In this document: positions 1-14,539 of the stretch, in pieces
Layout of the letters: every line of letters starts with the position of its first letter
Numbering within the stretch: the stretch's first letter is position 1
Assembly (NCBI RefSeq): GCF_036321535.1
Contig: NC_087447.1
Span: 36,830,001-36,894,000 of the forward strand
Direction of reading: 5' to 3'
DNA: 64,000 bases
Origin: Camelus dromedarius
Taxonomy: Eukaryota
Notes under the pieces: model-generated
Told to the model about the DNA's origin: nothing
The model's database searches: none
Seen by the model: the letters and a program-made list of their open reading frames with translations, nothing else
Position numbers and translations under genes: made by a program

Positions 1-3000
1 GTAGAAATCTAATGGTTTCCAAGGTAGCATACAAATGCTAGTTTTATTGCCACAAACTACTTTCTACTTTGTTTTTTACCATCTAATAATGTCATGGGTA
101 GAAGCTTATGTTTATTTGCTTGTTAGGACTGCCTAATTGGGCTAATTATGAGAAGAATCTTATGACCTAGGAAAAGGTTGGTAGTAATTTGTTCTTTAAC
201 AAATATTAAGTGCATTTATTTTATTAATATAAAAATTAATAAATAATTGTCTGTCTTCAAGGAGTGTATAGTCTAAAAAGGAAGAAAAACTTGTTCCTGA
301 CTAATTGTAACACAACTTAGAAATTCCTTTTTTTTTTGTGGCAGGATAACACAATAGGTAGGTCATAATGACAATGGCCTGGGAAGGAGTTCTGTTTTCT
401 GTCATTCCTTTAGAAATTGATGGTTAATTCAGCTATTTGAGATAGGTAAGGGAAGTGGTCTCCATTTTTTTAATAAGAACATAGGTGTGTAACTTCTAGA
501 AAGCCTTAGAATAAGCAGCTGGTTGTCTGCTGATTAATCCTCAGGAACGCTGACCCCAGAGTTATATATGCCCACCATAGCCTCATTGATTTCTCTTGGT
601 TGCTGTGGATATTTTCTAACCACAGGGATCTATAATTCAGCCTAGTTAGGGCAGTATATTCTGAATTATATTAGTTTTTCCTTGAGATTGGTATTACACC
701 TTCCTGTATTTTTAAAAAATCATTTGCATAAAGTCATAGCTTACTCTAATCTTCACCTCACTGATGAAATCCAATGATTTTAACTTAGATCTTTGCTTCA
801 TTTTTGTAATCACACTTAGTGTTCCAGGTAGTAGTCACTGCATTTGAAATTCTGATTTGGTCCCTGAAAACGTACCTGTACCTAATTTGGCATTTTGTCC
901 AGCTATCTTTACTAGGAGGTTTTAGCCAGTGTTTGTTGTTGTGTTTGTTTTTCCATCAGTTCTGATACTATATTCCATACTCAAGTCTATATGCTTCAAA
1001 CTAGAGCTCAAACATAGAGGAGATGGAATGTCTCTGGCATCTTTGACAGTCAGCCTTTACAATTAAGTCCTGGAATAATTTCTCATCCTGATATCTTTCT
1101 TATGACTCATGCTGAGATCCTTAATTAAATAACTGTCCAGGTGTTTCCTTGTTCTGCCCTTATTAGAATTTTCAGTGTGTCTCCTACTGCTAAGGTCAAG
1201 ATTTTTAGCCTGTGGCCTCCTACATTTTTCTCTAGATCCCTCTCTAAGAACTCAGTAGGTGTTAAATAACCTGATCATTTAGTTCTCTGTTTCTCCTATT
1301 TGTTAAGCAGGAATAGAAGAAATTCCCTGAGATGTTCCCATATCAGTTCCTTATTGTTAATGCTTTTTACTACCTCTTTATTTCTTGCTTCTTTATTTTG
1401 GTTGTATTTCACTTCTTAGTCCAAAGTTGTTTGTATTAAGTGGCTGTCTTAATTGATGTTTGCCTGTGGTACTGAGGATCTCAGATGAATAGTAGCCAAA
1501 TTAATTCAAAGTATTTTAATGAAATATTATAGGTATTTATTGATTATGTATGATTTTATAGCTATAAATCAACTATTTAAAATTGATTTTTTTCTGAAAA
1601 CTATAGAACATGATCTTAAATTATTCATCAGAATGTTCAATTTGAGAAGATGGGAAAATTGATTTTTCAAGTTTTCTAATAGAAGTTTAATTGCTTTTAA
1701 ATTTTGTAGATAGTCCTCATTGTTTAAATTTTTAAAAATTTAAGCTAGTCAGAACTTGATCTCAGCAGTATAAATTATAAAATGATACAGACTGAAAATA
1801 TCAGTTACATTAATCTTAGAAATATGGGATTCTTTGTAACAACAATTCATATTTTAAAAAATAAGAGGAAGCAATAACCTGTATTTGCAGTTCATTCTGT
1901 CTTCAGCTACTGCTTCACTGCATATCTTGTCAGTGTTAATCTTATCAGTATGAGACCATTCAAAGAATTTTCCAAATACTGAAAAACACTTACTTCTTAC
2001 ACAAAACAGATTCATCTCTGACACTTAGAAAGCACGTATCTGATTTTCAGACTTTTGGTTATTTTTTGGAAGGGAAATGGGTTAACTGTATTTTCAAATG
2101 CAGTTTTTGACCAGCTATAGAGATGATCAAATTTAGGAGAGAGACTATTGTTGAGCTGATTTTAATTTGAGCAAAATATGAGATTTAAGAGATGCTTCAA
2201 ACATTTTTCTATGATGAAAGAAACATGCTCCCTTTTGAAAACAAAACGACCAGTAAAATAAGGTGATAAATATAAAACCTAACTTCTCTTCTGAAAGCAA
2301 ATGACTGCAGCAACAATTTGAGGTTCCATATGTGGCCTTTTGCCTTCTTTAGAATTCTTGCGTCCTAGAACCTATTTGCTAACTTGGTCAGCAAGATTAA
2401 GCCATGGCAATTGACCATAGATCCCAGGTATCAGGTGGGTTACATTCAAGATTATTCTTTACTTCTAGTTCAGAACGCTGACTTCTGAATTAGTACTGTT
2501 ATTTTGGAATTTGTACACTGTAGTAGAAAGAAAGGGAGGAGTGTCTAAGCTCTTAAAACAACCACACACAAACACATTTTGGTCTATTATAATGGAAACA
2601 AGTGAAAACCTGAAATGATTTGCACACATTGAAAAGCAGGATTTTTCATTAGAGATAGGAAAAGGCATGATTAAGATAGTGTTGTAAAAGTCCCCATGCT
2701 TAGTTTATCCGCAGTCATTCAAAACTGTATATGTAGTTAAAAATCATTTCAAGGTTTATATATTTTTCCTTTCTTGAATATAATTTTACTGTAATTTTGC
2801 CTTGGTAAATTCTAATTAAATTTTTAAAGAGACTTTTAAGACCATGCATGGTCTTTAAGCCAGGTTGAAAAGTAAGAGGATTTGGGGAACTAATGTTTTT
2901 ATAGTTTTGATGATTCAATTTTTACCATTAAAAAAATCAGGTTAATAACTTTAAATGATTATTCAAATTCTTTAATATTAACAGATCTTTTAAGAGTCTG

Positions 3001-6000
3001 TTTGCTTAGTGAATTCAAATCCCTCTGTTTGTGCTTTGGGGAAAATGGTGATTTCCCTAATTTGTTACATGTATGGATCTCCCCTAATATGGAGACTAGA
3101 AAAAGTTAGACATTTTTGATTTTCCAGGACAGAAATAGAACAGTTTTTATAAAATCTGTGGAAAACAAAACTAATAGATCATAGAATATGGATCCTTGGA
3201 GTTGGTTCTCATGCTGCAATTCTAAAGGACAGATAACTGCTTCAGTAATTTCATCTTCCTTCTCTTATACATTGCACTACAGTATCTTAGCCAATCTTGT
3301 GAAGCATTTTATTTGGGAGTTATGTTGACTAGTAAACAGAATTCACTTTGAATCCATTGGACATATCAATGCATATTTATAGTATTTTAACAAACTATTA
3401 AATATGTCTAATCTAAGCAAATCAGAAAATATTTTACAAACCTTGATTTCTTGATCCATCTGTATATTTATTCATCTAACCTCATTTGACTGTATCATGG
3501 TTTTTGAAACTAAAGAAGATATTCTTTATGGATACAAATTACGTTCTTTGGTTTTGATAGCATGTCAATAGAAACATATTTAATGATGGCATTTATTAGG
3601 TAAGAACTTAACCTTTGCAAGAGAATTCAGCCTATTAAAATATCTCTGTGAGAAACTTGCTTTTTCAGACATGAATGGTATGATCCAAATATTCGTGTCT
3701 CTTTAGGCCCCAGTTTAGAGTTATTCAAATGGCTGTACTGTGTGCTATGCAGGCAATGTCCCCTCCTCGGATCACTGACCAAACAGCAGTAGTCTCTTCA
3801 GAAGGGACTGGTTAGTTGGGATTTTATTTGGGCATCTGTCTTCCTGGGCCAGAGCTAATGATTTAGTCCATTATACATACACCTTTTGGGGAAAATTGTG
3901 AAACTTGAAACTTAGCTCTTTATTAATCTTTATGATTATTAATCTTTATAATTAATATAAATAGTCATTGTCCTTCCCAAATACATGAAGTAGACAGCTA
4001 ACTCAATCTGTGGAAGGCCTAAACTAAATACCATCACTGCTGTTTTGCAGATACTCTTCCTCTTATCTGAAAACTTTCTGTTTTAAATGCTAATCCATGC
4101 TGCTTATTTACAAAACCAAGTGTTTGTCTCTTTACTGAAGCTTCACTCTGTTCTTAAGAGTGTGAGTATATTTTTCATACATATTGTTTTCTGTTTTGAT
4201 TATAATATATTCTTCAGTGCTGTTCATATATTTTATGCATCTCTGTGTGTTTGTCATGTGATAGAGTGCCATTAAATGTGTGTTCTCCTTTCTTCCTGCC
4301 TGGTAACCAGCAGAGGTATTAATATTATAAGCAAGGAGGTGATTGCTTTTAAACCATTAAAAAGAATAATTTGAGATGTACTCTCACCTTTTAAGGAGAT
4401 AAACCTTGCCTTTTGTTTCCTTCAATGTGAATAACTACAGGCATTTCAGGTATCTGCTGAGCAGAAGAAGGACTACCTTTTTATGTGAAGTAGTTGTCTA
4501 AAGATCAGAAATAATTACTCTGTACATTAGCCTTCATGGCCCGCATGACCTGGTTAATTAATTTTTGCCAGGATAATAATAATAGATATATATTTGAAGA
4601 TATGCTTCATCATTAAGTATCTAATTGACCTCTAATTTTAAGAGCTAGACCTTACATTTATTGTCTTTTGGAATTGGCTGGAGTAGCCAACAGAAAGACT
4701 GAGGAAAGTAAGGAGCCTTCTAGTCTCACGGAGTTCCTCTGTCTTATGTTTTATATGTTGTATCTCTTTGTTAATTGTATTTAGCATTGATAAACAAAAA
4801 GCAATTATACTGCTCCTGTTTTGGCTCTAGCAAATAGTACTTTTTTGTGTGTGTTATTGATCAGGTAACTGATCTCCTTCCAACAACCTCTGAACAGAAC
4901 CAAATAAACCCATTGAAAGTAATTTGATACCTTTATTGTCATTGTACTTGTATCTGATTCTCTCTTGCAATGAAATGAGGGTTATAAACAAAGCTTAGAA
5001 GTCTAGGATTAGCCCGCAGCTTCAGCAAACCCTTAAAATATTTTGTAATTCTATCTTCAATCATAAATTAGCCAGGAAAAACAGACCCTCTCTCCTCTCT
5101 CTATTTCTCTGCTGTGCTGTTTTTAATTGCCCATGGGCAGGCTGTTGTGATCTTCTTTGAAAGTTTAAAACCAAGATAAAAATGCAAATCTAATTATTTC
5201 TTTTATGTAATCTAATTAATGTTTAAAGTAATGATAGATGCTCTATAGCCTGCTTCTAACATTTTAATAATGAAGTTTCTGAATTATAAAGAATAGGTAA
5301 AGCTGCTATAATTCATGAATAGCAAGGGCTTTAACAGCTAAAAATATAAATTCTTATTGTGGATTAGAAACTCTGTTAACTAACTCGTGTTAGTTAATGA
5401 GGCTAGACTGTTAAAGTTGGACTGGATCTAGAAATAAGAAGAGTTGATACCTGACCAGATCCTGAGCTGCTATATGGAATTATTAATTAGCTTGCTACCT
5501 GTTTTCTAAATGTGCCGTATGGCAAAGATCTCATTTGGCAGACCAGAGAACCTGATGGTGAATCTCAATGCTTTTTAAGCACTATCCTTCAATATCCCCA
5601 CCCTCCCTCCTCTATCTTATCTACTTGTGATTATCTCTCAGACTTGACTCCCCAGATCCCTTTCAAATCAATGACACTACAGATTCAGGGAACCCAAAGT
5701 CTCTGCTCCTTTCTGGGGTTAGTGAAAGTGGGAGAACGCGTTACCTCCTCAGGGCGCATTTTGTATCTGCATGTTTGTATCTATATACATATGCATATTT
5801 AGAACCCACAAATTAGTGATGTGACTATAGGATAATCAGTGTGGATGCATTATAATCAATTATTATCACCAGGATAATCGAGAGGAAAAGAAAGAGCAAA
5901 AATTTTCTCTGGCCGCCCAATGAGGCCTATTTCAGTTCTCAGTGAGAGGAGAGTAAGGCTTATCAGGTACTCCGAAATGGTTGCCCAGGAATTAGAGCTG

Positions 6001-8389
6001 CCTGGAGACTGTCTAAAAGGGAGGATTTTATTGTAGAAAACAGGGTCAGATTCTTAACTTTCACACTAAAATGGGCTTTTCTATTAGATCAATAGTGCTC
6101 GTGAAGTTAGAGGGATAGTAAATGAACCTTTCCAATTTATTTTATAGCTTTTTTTAAAAAAAACACAGATGAAGTTATGTGATGTAGCAGCACAAAATGC
6201 AGAAGTCCTTCTTGTTTAAAATAAAGTTGTTCATATAAATCTTATGTATGCCATCTCCTGTGAGTCAAGCATTTGCCCAGCTTTTGTGAATTATGTCTAT
6301 ACTTAGAATTTAAGAAGTTAAACAGTATGCATACCAGACTTGAGAGATGGGAAATAAAAATTGATATACTGTGTGACACTTGATATAGCACAGGGAAATA
6401 TCTTTTAAATTTTGAAGGGATGTACTGACATAACCATTTTTAATTCACATAAGGTAACTCCCACTAAATGTTATTAATGTTAGAGTCAGGTATTTTTACT
6501 TGTTCAAAATAAAAGAAAATAAATGATGCAAAAGGTGTAATGTCTCACTGTGAGACACTGAATTCATTTTATCCACCACCCAATCCATTAAGAAAACATT
6601 AAAGTCGTAACATTAAACAATGAAAGTTAAGGAATTCATAGATCGGAATAAAGGGTAAAGTCCATCTTCAGTCAGGTCATAGTCATGACTTTTGTTGAAC
6701 TTACACTTCAGTGGGAGATTTTTATCTTAAAACGTCTGCAGATAAATTTTCTACAGTGGCTGAGCGTAGTGCAGCTGGAAAGGGCTCTCAGCTGGGCTGA
6801 CTTGGCTGCTGCTTGAACATGTTGACAAGGTGGTCATACTATTCTAAAGAACTCTGACAAGTCATGCTTATTTTGTACTGTAATAGCATCACTCATTTTC
6901 CAGCTGCACAAATGTTGGCTCTTCCTTATACATTCTTTAGTTGTATTATTCACAGAAAAAGGGGGTGGGGGGTAAAAACCAAGAAAGCTGATTTTAGTTT
7001 CAATTGATCGTCTAACAACTTTTGTTCCCTTTCAAAAGTTGTGATGTCAGGAACCAGTTACCCAAATGGAAAAACATTCTTTATATTCTGTTATTCAATA
7101 AAAGATGTAAGTCCTAGTTTGGTGTTTTTTAAGTGCTGGATGTGGCAGAAATCATTTGCTAATAAATATAGAATTAGTTAAATACAGGGCACTTTAGGAT
7201 TAGTATAACTGCATGTTGCCTGAGATGGCAATTAGGGACCTGAAATGTCAAGGAGAGAAAAGATTTCTAGCTGCTGGGTCAGGTTTTTGTTTGTCATAAA
7301 GAATTTTTTTTCTTTTCTTTTTTTTTTTTTTATTCTGTGACTGTTAGCCTCTCCTTCCTCCTGACTTGCATTTCACTGAGAATCTTGATAGTGCCCAGAG
7401 AATCAGTTTAGTAGCTGGAGGCTGAGGTTTGAAAGAATCTACATGGATATAGTGGTAAGAGAATGAGTTTGGAAGCAGAAGGTGATAGAGAGGAAGACAG
7501 TGCATATTGGTAGGAAACTATTACCTTACATAGTGATGAATAACAGAGGTTTGAGAAAAAGAAAGACTAGTTCCAAGTTCTCTCTCTGCCCTACTCTGTG
7601 TAATTCTTTGTAATGCTTTGTGCAGACTCAGATTTCTAGATTTTTATGTGTGAAGGTTAGACAGAGTGGAGACACTGTTAGATGACCCGGAATTTGTCTA
7701 TGGAAAAGCCCAGAGGAGCACGCATAAGTGCGATAATAGTATTCATTATTGGGATCTAGACAGAGGTTAGCTTAGAAGATGGGATAGACCAGGTCAGATC
7801 CACAGTGAGAGAGCAAACATGTAGTCTACCATTGGAGGACTCCCAGCTTGTGGCCGGAATATTTATAATGCAAGGGTGCAACAGGGCAAAGAAAAATGAA
7901 GTTGAGCTTTTGAAGTTGGCCTCCACAAAACAGCTATTTTTCTGTTACGATTGTCTGGTTTCATCTATTGTGGATCATCAGACACAGTGGTCTCTGGCAG
8001 AGCCCTTTCATGGACTCTATTTTAGGGTAGAAATGTACCCTTGGAATTCCTAGGAATCCCTTGTGGGAGGGAAGCTCAGGTTATTGGCAGTCCAGTAGAA
8101 GATGTAATCTGAATTCTATGTTTAGGATCTTGGCCTCCATGGCAATATAGTATCTTTCCTTCTCAATAAGATTGGGCCCTGACTATGGAGACACAGATTT
8201 GTGATATACTGGGTACTCAAGTGATTAAGAGTACAAAGACAAATGACTTTGTGTAGTAGAATTATAGTTAAATTATTTTTTAATTGTTTTAGTTTAGCTT
8301 TTAAAATTTTTCCTAATACTTATTGCTTTTGTATAAGAAACAATTAATTAAAAATTTTAAGTGTACATTGGAAGAACCTTGCTTTTCAA

Positions 8390-8605
8390 TATTAGGAAAA
8401 TTATTAAATTTATTATGGTATATTCATGTGATCAGCTGTTATAAGCTGTTACATATGATAATTACAAATAATTTTTAATGATTTAGGATAATCTTTCAAT
8501 ATAACATTAAGTGGAAAAAAACCCCTAGAACATAATAATGTAAATACAGTATAATCTCAGCTACATAAAAATAGGCATTTTAAAAAAGACTGGAAGAGAA
8601 TGCAT
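8390..8605 (+). mobile_element. Old L1 (L1ME-like) 3' fragment
   Basis: Degenerate motifs ...ttatggtatattcat...ttaagtggaaaaaa...tacagtataatctc...aaaaagactggaagag are typical of L1ME 3' UTRs. Confidence 0.5.
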
Positions 8606-11600
8606 TGCTTTTGTAATTAGCTTTATAATTGTTATTTTACTTTTAAAAAATGCAGGTAACAGAAAAGGAGCAGACATCTATCTGTTTGTCTTGTGATCAT
8701 CTCAATAGACTGTGGTCGCCAAACATCATCAAAAATCTTACGATTCGACTGTCATAACTGACTTCTGGTTTCTTAAATAGAGCTTTCAGTTAATTAAAAA
8801 CAATCAGATCTCCAGATAGCTGGAAAAAATAAGCAGGTATAGATCTTTCCAGTGCTTTCAGCCTATTTTACTATCTATGCCTGCTCCATCTCTTACTCAT
8901 TTAATCACCTTTGCCTAGGTCACTGAATTAATTCCATAGCCTTGTATGTTCCCTTTGGCTCAGAAAGGCCACCATTTCAAGCCCAGGGAAAGAGAAGACA
9001 TAATTACTGATCTATGCTCAGCAGAACTTTTCCTTCTCCTTTCTATGGAAGATATGCAGTCCCAACTGAGAGATGGACTAGGATTAGGGAAGTGTAGAAG
9101 GGCAGGAAGAAACATAGACTTGGACTCAGGATGTCTGCGCCTAGTCTTTGGCCTGCTAATAATGGCATGGCTCCTGGCAGATTATTCTTCCACACTGATT
9201 TTCATTTTCCATATATTTAGGAACAAGGATCATTTGTGCACAATTATGGCTGAAATTGTTTGCGACTCTGACCTCCTTTGATTCTAGATGACAGAAGTTA
9301 GCTCTGGTCCTTAGGAAATGGAGAGCAGTAGGTAGTCTTGCCTACAAAACCTTCAAGCAAATGTCAAGTTTGGCCACAACATAAGCCATGTCCACTTAGG
9401 AATGTTTGCATTTTAAACCATTGAAGGTTTTGAATTATGAGGTCAAATTCATGTTTATTTTGTGGGGTATTGTGATGGCTTGTAATTCCTGCCACATGAA
9501 ATAATGGCTAAGGAAGATTTTTAGAAAAACACATTTAGAAAGAGGGCCTGTAAATGCTTACTTTCAAGCCACACCAAACACATTTCTGCAGCCAATGACA
9601 AACTCCTGGCATTAGGACTATATAATGGAAAGGGTGACACAAACTTAATTTTAGTGTTGCAAGTGAAATATTATAATTTTTGGAAAAAATTCTTATAGCT
9701 TTGCTAAAGTATTAATTGCAGGAAATGACAGCATATCCTAGTGAAGTATTATGTCAGTGGCATGTATAGCATATAACACCTTTTCCTAGTCTCTCTTGTT
9801 TTCACCCTAAGTGTTGCATTTTCATTTGAAAAGAGATGTGTTAAGTAGTTAGAACTTTGTCTAACTGTGGGGGTGGTGCTGAGTGTGGTTCAGACTGAAA
9901 ACAATTAAGCTGTGAAGGGGAGATGTCTTGGTTATGCTTCCTAGAAGTGGGTTTACTGCTTAGAGCATATGTTGATGTGGATATTCTTTTGGCCATTTCC
10001 TCATTTCTAGCTTGTTAGGTTTCATCTCCTAGCTCCAATAAATTTTCCAACTACAAATTTATGTATTGGGTTGCAAGATAAAGAATGAGAGAATTTCATT
10101 TCTGATGTGTGGTAGAGTTGAATATGGTTTTCCGATTTCCTCCTATTTTGTTTGAAGTAAATAGGGTAATTACTCACTAAAATTCTAATATCTTTCAGGG
10201 CTTTAGGGATGAATCTAAAACAGAACCATATAATGTTTTATTTAAGCAAATCCATGTTCTTATTAGGCAGTTCACCTTAATGTCATTTTTTATAAATAAA
10301 CTTTGTTTTACTTTTTCAAGGGTTATTTAATTAATTTTGTTGTACTACCATATTCTGACATCTGCATCTGCTAAGGCCTGCAGGATGTGATTTGTGGTTT
10401 AAAAGTGAAAATAATTTATTATTTGAAAAATGATAAATCATTCGGGAATGATACATAAATATGAATGTAAAAGAGTCCAATGCACTTCTATTTCATTTCT
10501 TTTTCCTTTTATTCTAAGGCACATGTACAGTTATCTGTGTTTGCACAAGGCATTTGTGCCAGTTGTACATTTGATAATATCCAACTAGATATGAGTGAAA
10601 CCTATTCTGATGAAACTTCTGCCGTGCTGGCTTCTTGAACTGTTTATGGTCTCCATTAATTGCAGGGCTTTACCATATAACCATCATGTAGACCTGGTTT
10701 TACTTATCAAATCCAGATCTGCTTTTTCTCCCCCTGCTGAGCGGGGTGAAGTTCCTTATGCTACCAGCTTCTTATTATTTGGGGGTTCACAGCAACCTGG
10801 GGATTGAAGCTGTCAGCCCTGGAACTCCCAGTGTTTCTGTGGAAAGATTAACATTGCTAGAGCAAATCCTTGGTAAGTTTGCTCTACATGCAACACAGTC
10901 AGGTTAAACAAGCATTTTACTTTTTAATGAAGTATTTATTTTACTAATACTGATTGATACTCATTTTCCCGCAGCCCTTCCCCTTGTCTATTTGGGTAAG
11001 AGTAGATCTAAACTGGAAGGCTTTAAAAGTCTAATCTTTAGTCTTTTGCCGTGGCCTCTGTATTTTCCCCCAGTGGGAGGAGTAGGTGAGAGAATGAGGT
11101 GTGGGCAGAAACAGAGAAGATTTCTATTAAAAAAAGTTAACATTGTCTTTTCTTCTTAAACAGGTTCAAAGATTATCATGTTTTCTTTGGAAATGAGAAT
11201 GTGTGGAGGGGTATTTTGGTTTGGTTTATAAGAAATTCATTTCACTTTCCTCGTAAAAAGAGCTGGCTGTTAAGTAGTAGTTTTAATCTCCACCCTGAAG
11301 GAATATGTTGGCTGTGTGTTGTAAAGGGACAAAATGTATTGAATTTAAATAGGACAGCAAATCTGTCCCATTCTGGTCCTTAACCATTTCATTTTTGCCA
11401 GAGCTAGCTCCTGAATCTAGGTTTAAAAGGAGCTGGGAGATGCATTGGTAATTCACAAAATGGGTGTTCTAATTATTAACTATAAAATGTGGGAAAGATA
11501 TCTGGGAGGAAGTCTAAGGAAATAATGCCTCTTCGTTTATGCTGACAGTATTTGGGAACATTCTCATTACCTTTTTGACTGAAAAAGTCTTATTACATTC

Positions 11601-12889
11601 ATAAAAAATAAACAATAGATTTTTTTTTAATTTAACTAACTAGCTGTGAAGTTGTGTAAGAAAGAGAAAACACTCTGAAAAATGGTCAGAGCTCTCGTGT
11701 ATTAAGCACAGCAGATGAAATGATTTATTGGGTTTTATACACATTCTGTAAAGGGTAAGCATTGCTAACAGAATGAGTGGCAGCCTCTGGGAGCTGAACA
11801 GGCCCCAGGGACTAGTCTTTGTTCCTCTGGTCTTGACAGGCATGTGTCTCTGTTAAATGAGAGCTTAATTTCTCTCATATGTGAACAATTTCCAAGCCCA
11901 ACAAAGGCAGCCAGGACTGGAGCTATTTAAAAGAACCAGCACAGGAGGAAGCATTCTTGAAGAAAAGGGATGCTAAAAGGCTAATTACTCACCATGGCTT
12001 AGCAACTATTTTATTTTTTCCCTAAGCAAGGTTTATTAACATGTATCTGCCACTTTTTTTAAAAACATAAACACACATTAAAATTACAAGGTTATATTTT
12101 TATTCTTTGTGAAATAGCCATTTACTGATCTCTTCTCATTGAAAAGAGGTGCCCCCATCAGCAGTGGTGTATATCATGGAATATTAATTCACTAGAGGGG
12201 GAGGGGAGAGGCTAATATACTTTGGATCCTTTTTCTCTCAAGTGGAAGGAATTTAAACTATTTACTAAGCAGCATCCTTGGCAACTCTGTGAACCTTTTC
12301 TTTATACAGTAATTGCTTAAAATGTGGTGGGGGGTCTTTATTTCGACATTTTCTGTGGGTGCTTCAGACTATAATTTGTTTAGTTTGTCTCAATTTCTGG
12401 ACTCTGATATTGGGGAAATAAATCCATGTTGTTAAAAAGGCATATGTAGGAGGTTACAGGCATATCTCCACTTACATCCTTCATATTTTCTTAAAAAGGC
12501 TCTGTAAACTGGATTATTTCTGCTTTTGACTTGTATTATAATCTTCATTAGCCCTTTATCTTAATTTTTGATCACTGATCTTTAGATTTCTGTACTTTTC
12601 CATTCAAGCTTGGTATCTTTTTCTGCAGGTAATGATCTATAAATAAACATTTAAATATATTTATATGGCAACTATTATATCATATTATATTAAAGGTAAG
12701 AGTACTTAAACATGAACAATAATTACCTTCTTATTTATCTATTTTGTATGTTTTTTAAAACACACACACCAATTATTTAAGTCATTTACAAAGAAGAATT
12801 TTAGAAATCAAAGGTGAACTTACATCTAAGGAAGACACTAAGTTGAATATTGAGACCCTTTGGCCAAATATATCTCTTGATTTATTTTA

Positions 12890-13030
12890 GAACTAAAAAA
12901 GCAACCTAGGTTCTCTCAAGGATCACCAATAATTTGCTGAATGACCTTTGGCAAATCACTTTATCTCTAGGGTCTCAAATGCCTTATCTGTAAATGAAGG
13001 TTTTTGCAACTCTAAACTTCTATGTTTTAA
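12890..13030 (+). mobile_element. MIR/MIR3 SINE fragment
   Basis: Core tgacctttggcaaatcactttatctctagggtctcaaatgccttatctgtaaatg. Confidence 0.65.
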
Positions 13031-13271
13031 TAATAATGTAAAAATGAATCTCTGAAATAAAATAAATGACATGATTGCAGAGTACTTACAATAAATTTGT
13101 TTTAAAATATCCCCTCAAAAAGTTGTCAGAAATCTGCATTTTGAAATTTTAATATAGAAAAATCAAGAAATTCTCAAATATGGTACCTTGATTAGGACAA
13201 AGCCAGACATACAACATTGTCCTTTCATGAGAACAGCTTTCTGCCATACATGATAGGACCTGTGTGGCACA

Positions 13272-13330
13272 GCAGAAGAGGTGGGAAAACTGTTGATTTT
13301 GGCAGAAAAGGTGGAAAAACTGTTGATTTT
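13272..13330. repeat. Tandem duplication, 30-bp period, 2 copies
   Basis: gcagaagaggtgggaaaactgttgatttt / gcagaaaaggtggaaaaactgttgatttt. Confidence 0.9.
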
Positions 13331-13929
13331 ATTTGTAACAATGGACAACTGACAGAGTGGATCTTACTATCAAAGTGGCCTTCATGAGTGCATCAGAATT
13401 CTCATATATCACTAGCAGTTATACTAGAGAAAGCATTATTTCCACCTGCATGGCTATTTCCACTTATGTATAGATAACTCCTGAAAGTGTCTGAGCCCTG
13501 AGCCATCATGATCTAACTCTGAAGGAGAATGGGGTGGTATCTTCACTTAGAATGTGAAATGATGACTATGTGACTTGGAGAAGAAAAAAGTAAAAATCAT
13601 TTCCTCCCACGTGCTTTTCTTTAGCATCCTTGCTTGCTACCCAGAAGTATGTACTGTGGTTTCCATAAGAAGCCATGTTTTAGTAGAAGTAACACATGCC
13701 AAGCCACTTAAACTAATGACTTACCATCTTTGTCCCAGATTTGGAGTGCATTTGAATATGAAAAACAGCAGGATCTTCAGAAATGAGAGTCTAGAGAAAA
13801 TTCTAGGATCCTTATTTCTCACATGAATTAATTAGGTTAAGCTTACTTTCCCTTTTTGGTTTACAGTGTTATCCATAGTGAACAACCAGTATCATTTCTT
13901 TATAAATCTGCCTCTATTTTTTCCCTGTT

Positions 13930-14463
13930 TTGTTGAGATATAATTGACAGCATCATTATATAAGTTCAAGGTATATAGCATAATGGCTTGATTTACATAT
14001 ATTGTAAAATAATGACCCACAATAAGTTTAGTTGGTACTCATCATCTCATAGAGATAACAATAAAAAGAAAAAGAAAAAGAAGAAAAAAATTTTTCTTGT
14101 GATGAGAACTCTTAGAATTAACTCTCTTAACAACTTTCATATGTATTATATAGCAATGTTTACTATAGTCATCAGGTTATACAATATATCCCTGGTACTT
14201 ATAACTGGAAATTTGTACCTTTTGACCACCTTCTTCCAATTTCCCCTCCCCCAGTTTCCATCTTATAACCACAAATCTGATCTTTTTTTCTTTGAGTTTT
14301 TGTTTTTGATCTTTTTTTAGATAATCCACATACAAATGAGATCATACAGTATTTGTCTTTTTCTGTCTGACTTATTTCACTTAGCATGATGCCTTTAAGG
14401 TCCATCCATGTTGTTGCAAATGGCAGGCTTTCCTCATTTTTTTATAACTGAATAATATTCCAC
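13930..14463 (-). mobile_element. 5'-truncated L1 3' end (L1MA9/laurasiatherian type)
   Basis: ttgagatataattgaca...gtgatgagaactcttag...tccatccatgttgttgcaaatggcagg. The minus-strand ORF MDLKGIMLSEISQTEKDKYCMIS is an L1 ORF2 C-terminus remnant. Confidence 0.92.
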
Positions 14464-14539
14464 TGGACCAGGGTGGTGGAAGTTGTGAGAAGCGGTAGAT
14501 TCTAGATTCCTTACTATCATCTTTGCCCTTAAAAGCTTA

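Noticed and set aside
5376..5397. Short perfect inverted repeats (ttaactaac-tcgt-gttagttaa; also tgtctcac-t-gtgagaca at 6541-6557)
   Set aside because: Arms of 8-9 bp can occur by chance in 64 kb of AT-rich DNA, and there is no supporting context.
11140..11170. Strong acceptor-like sequence resembling the real SOX6 acceptor (cag|gttcaa)
   Set aside because: No matching donor or SOX6-like reading frame downstream. Such decoy sites are common in long introns.
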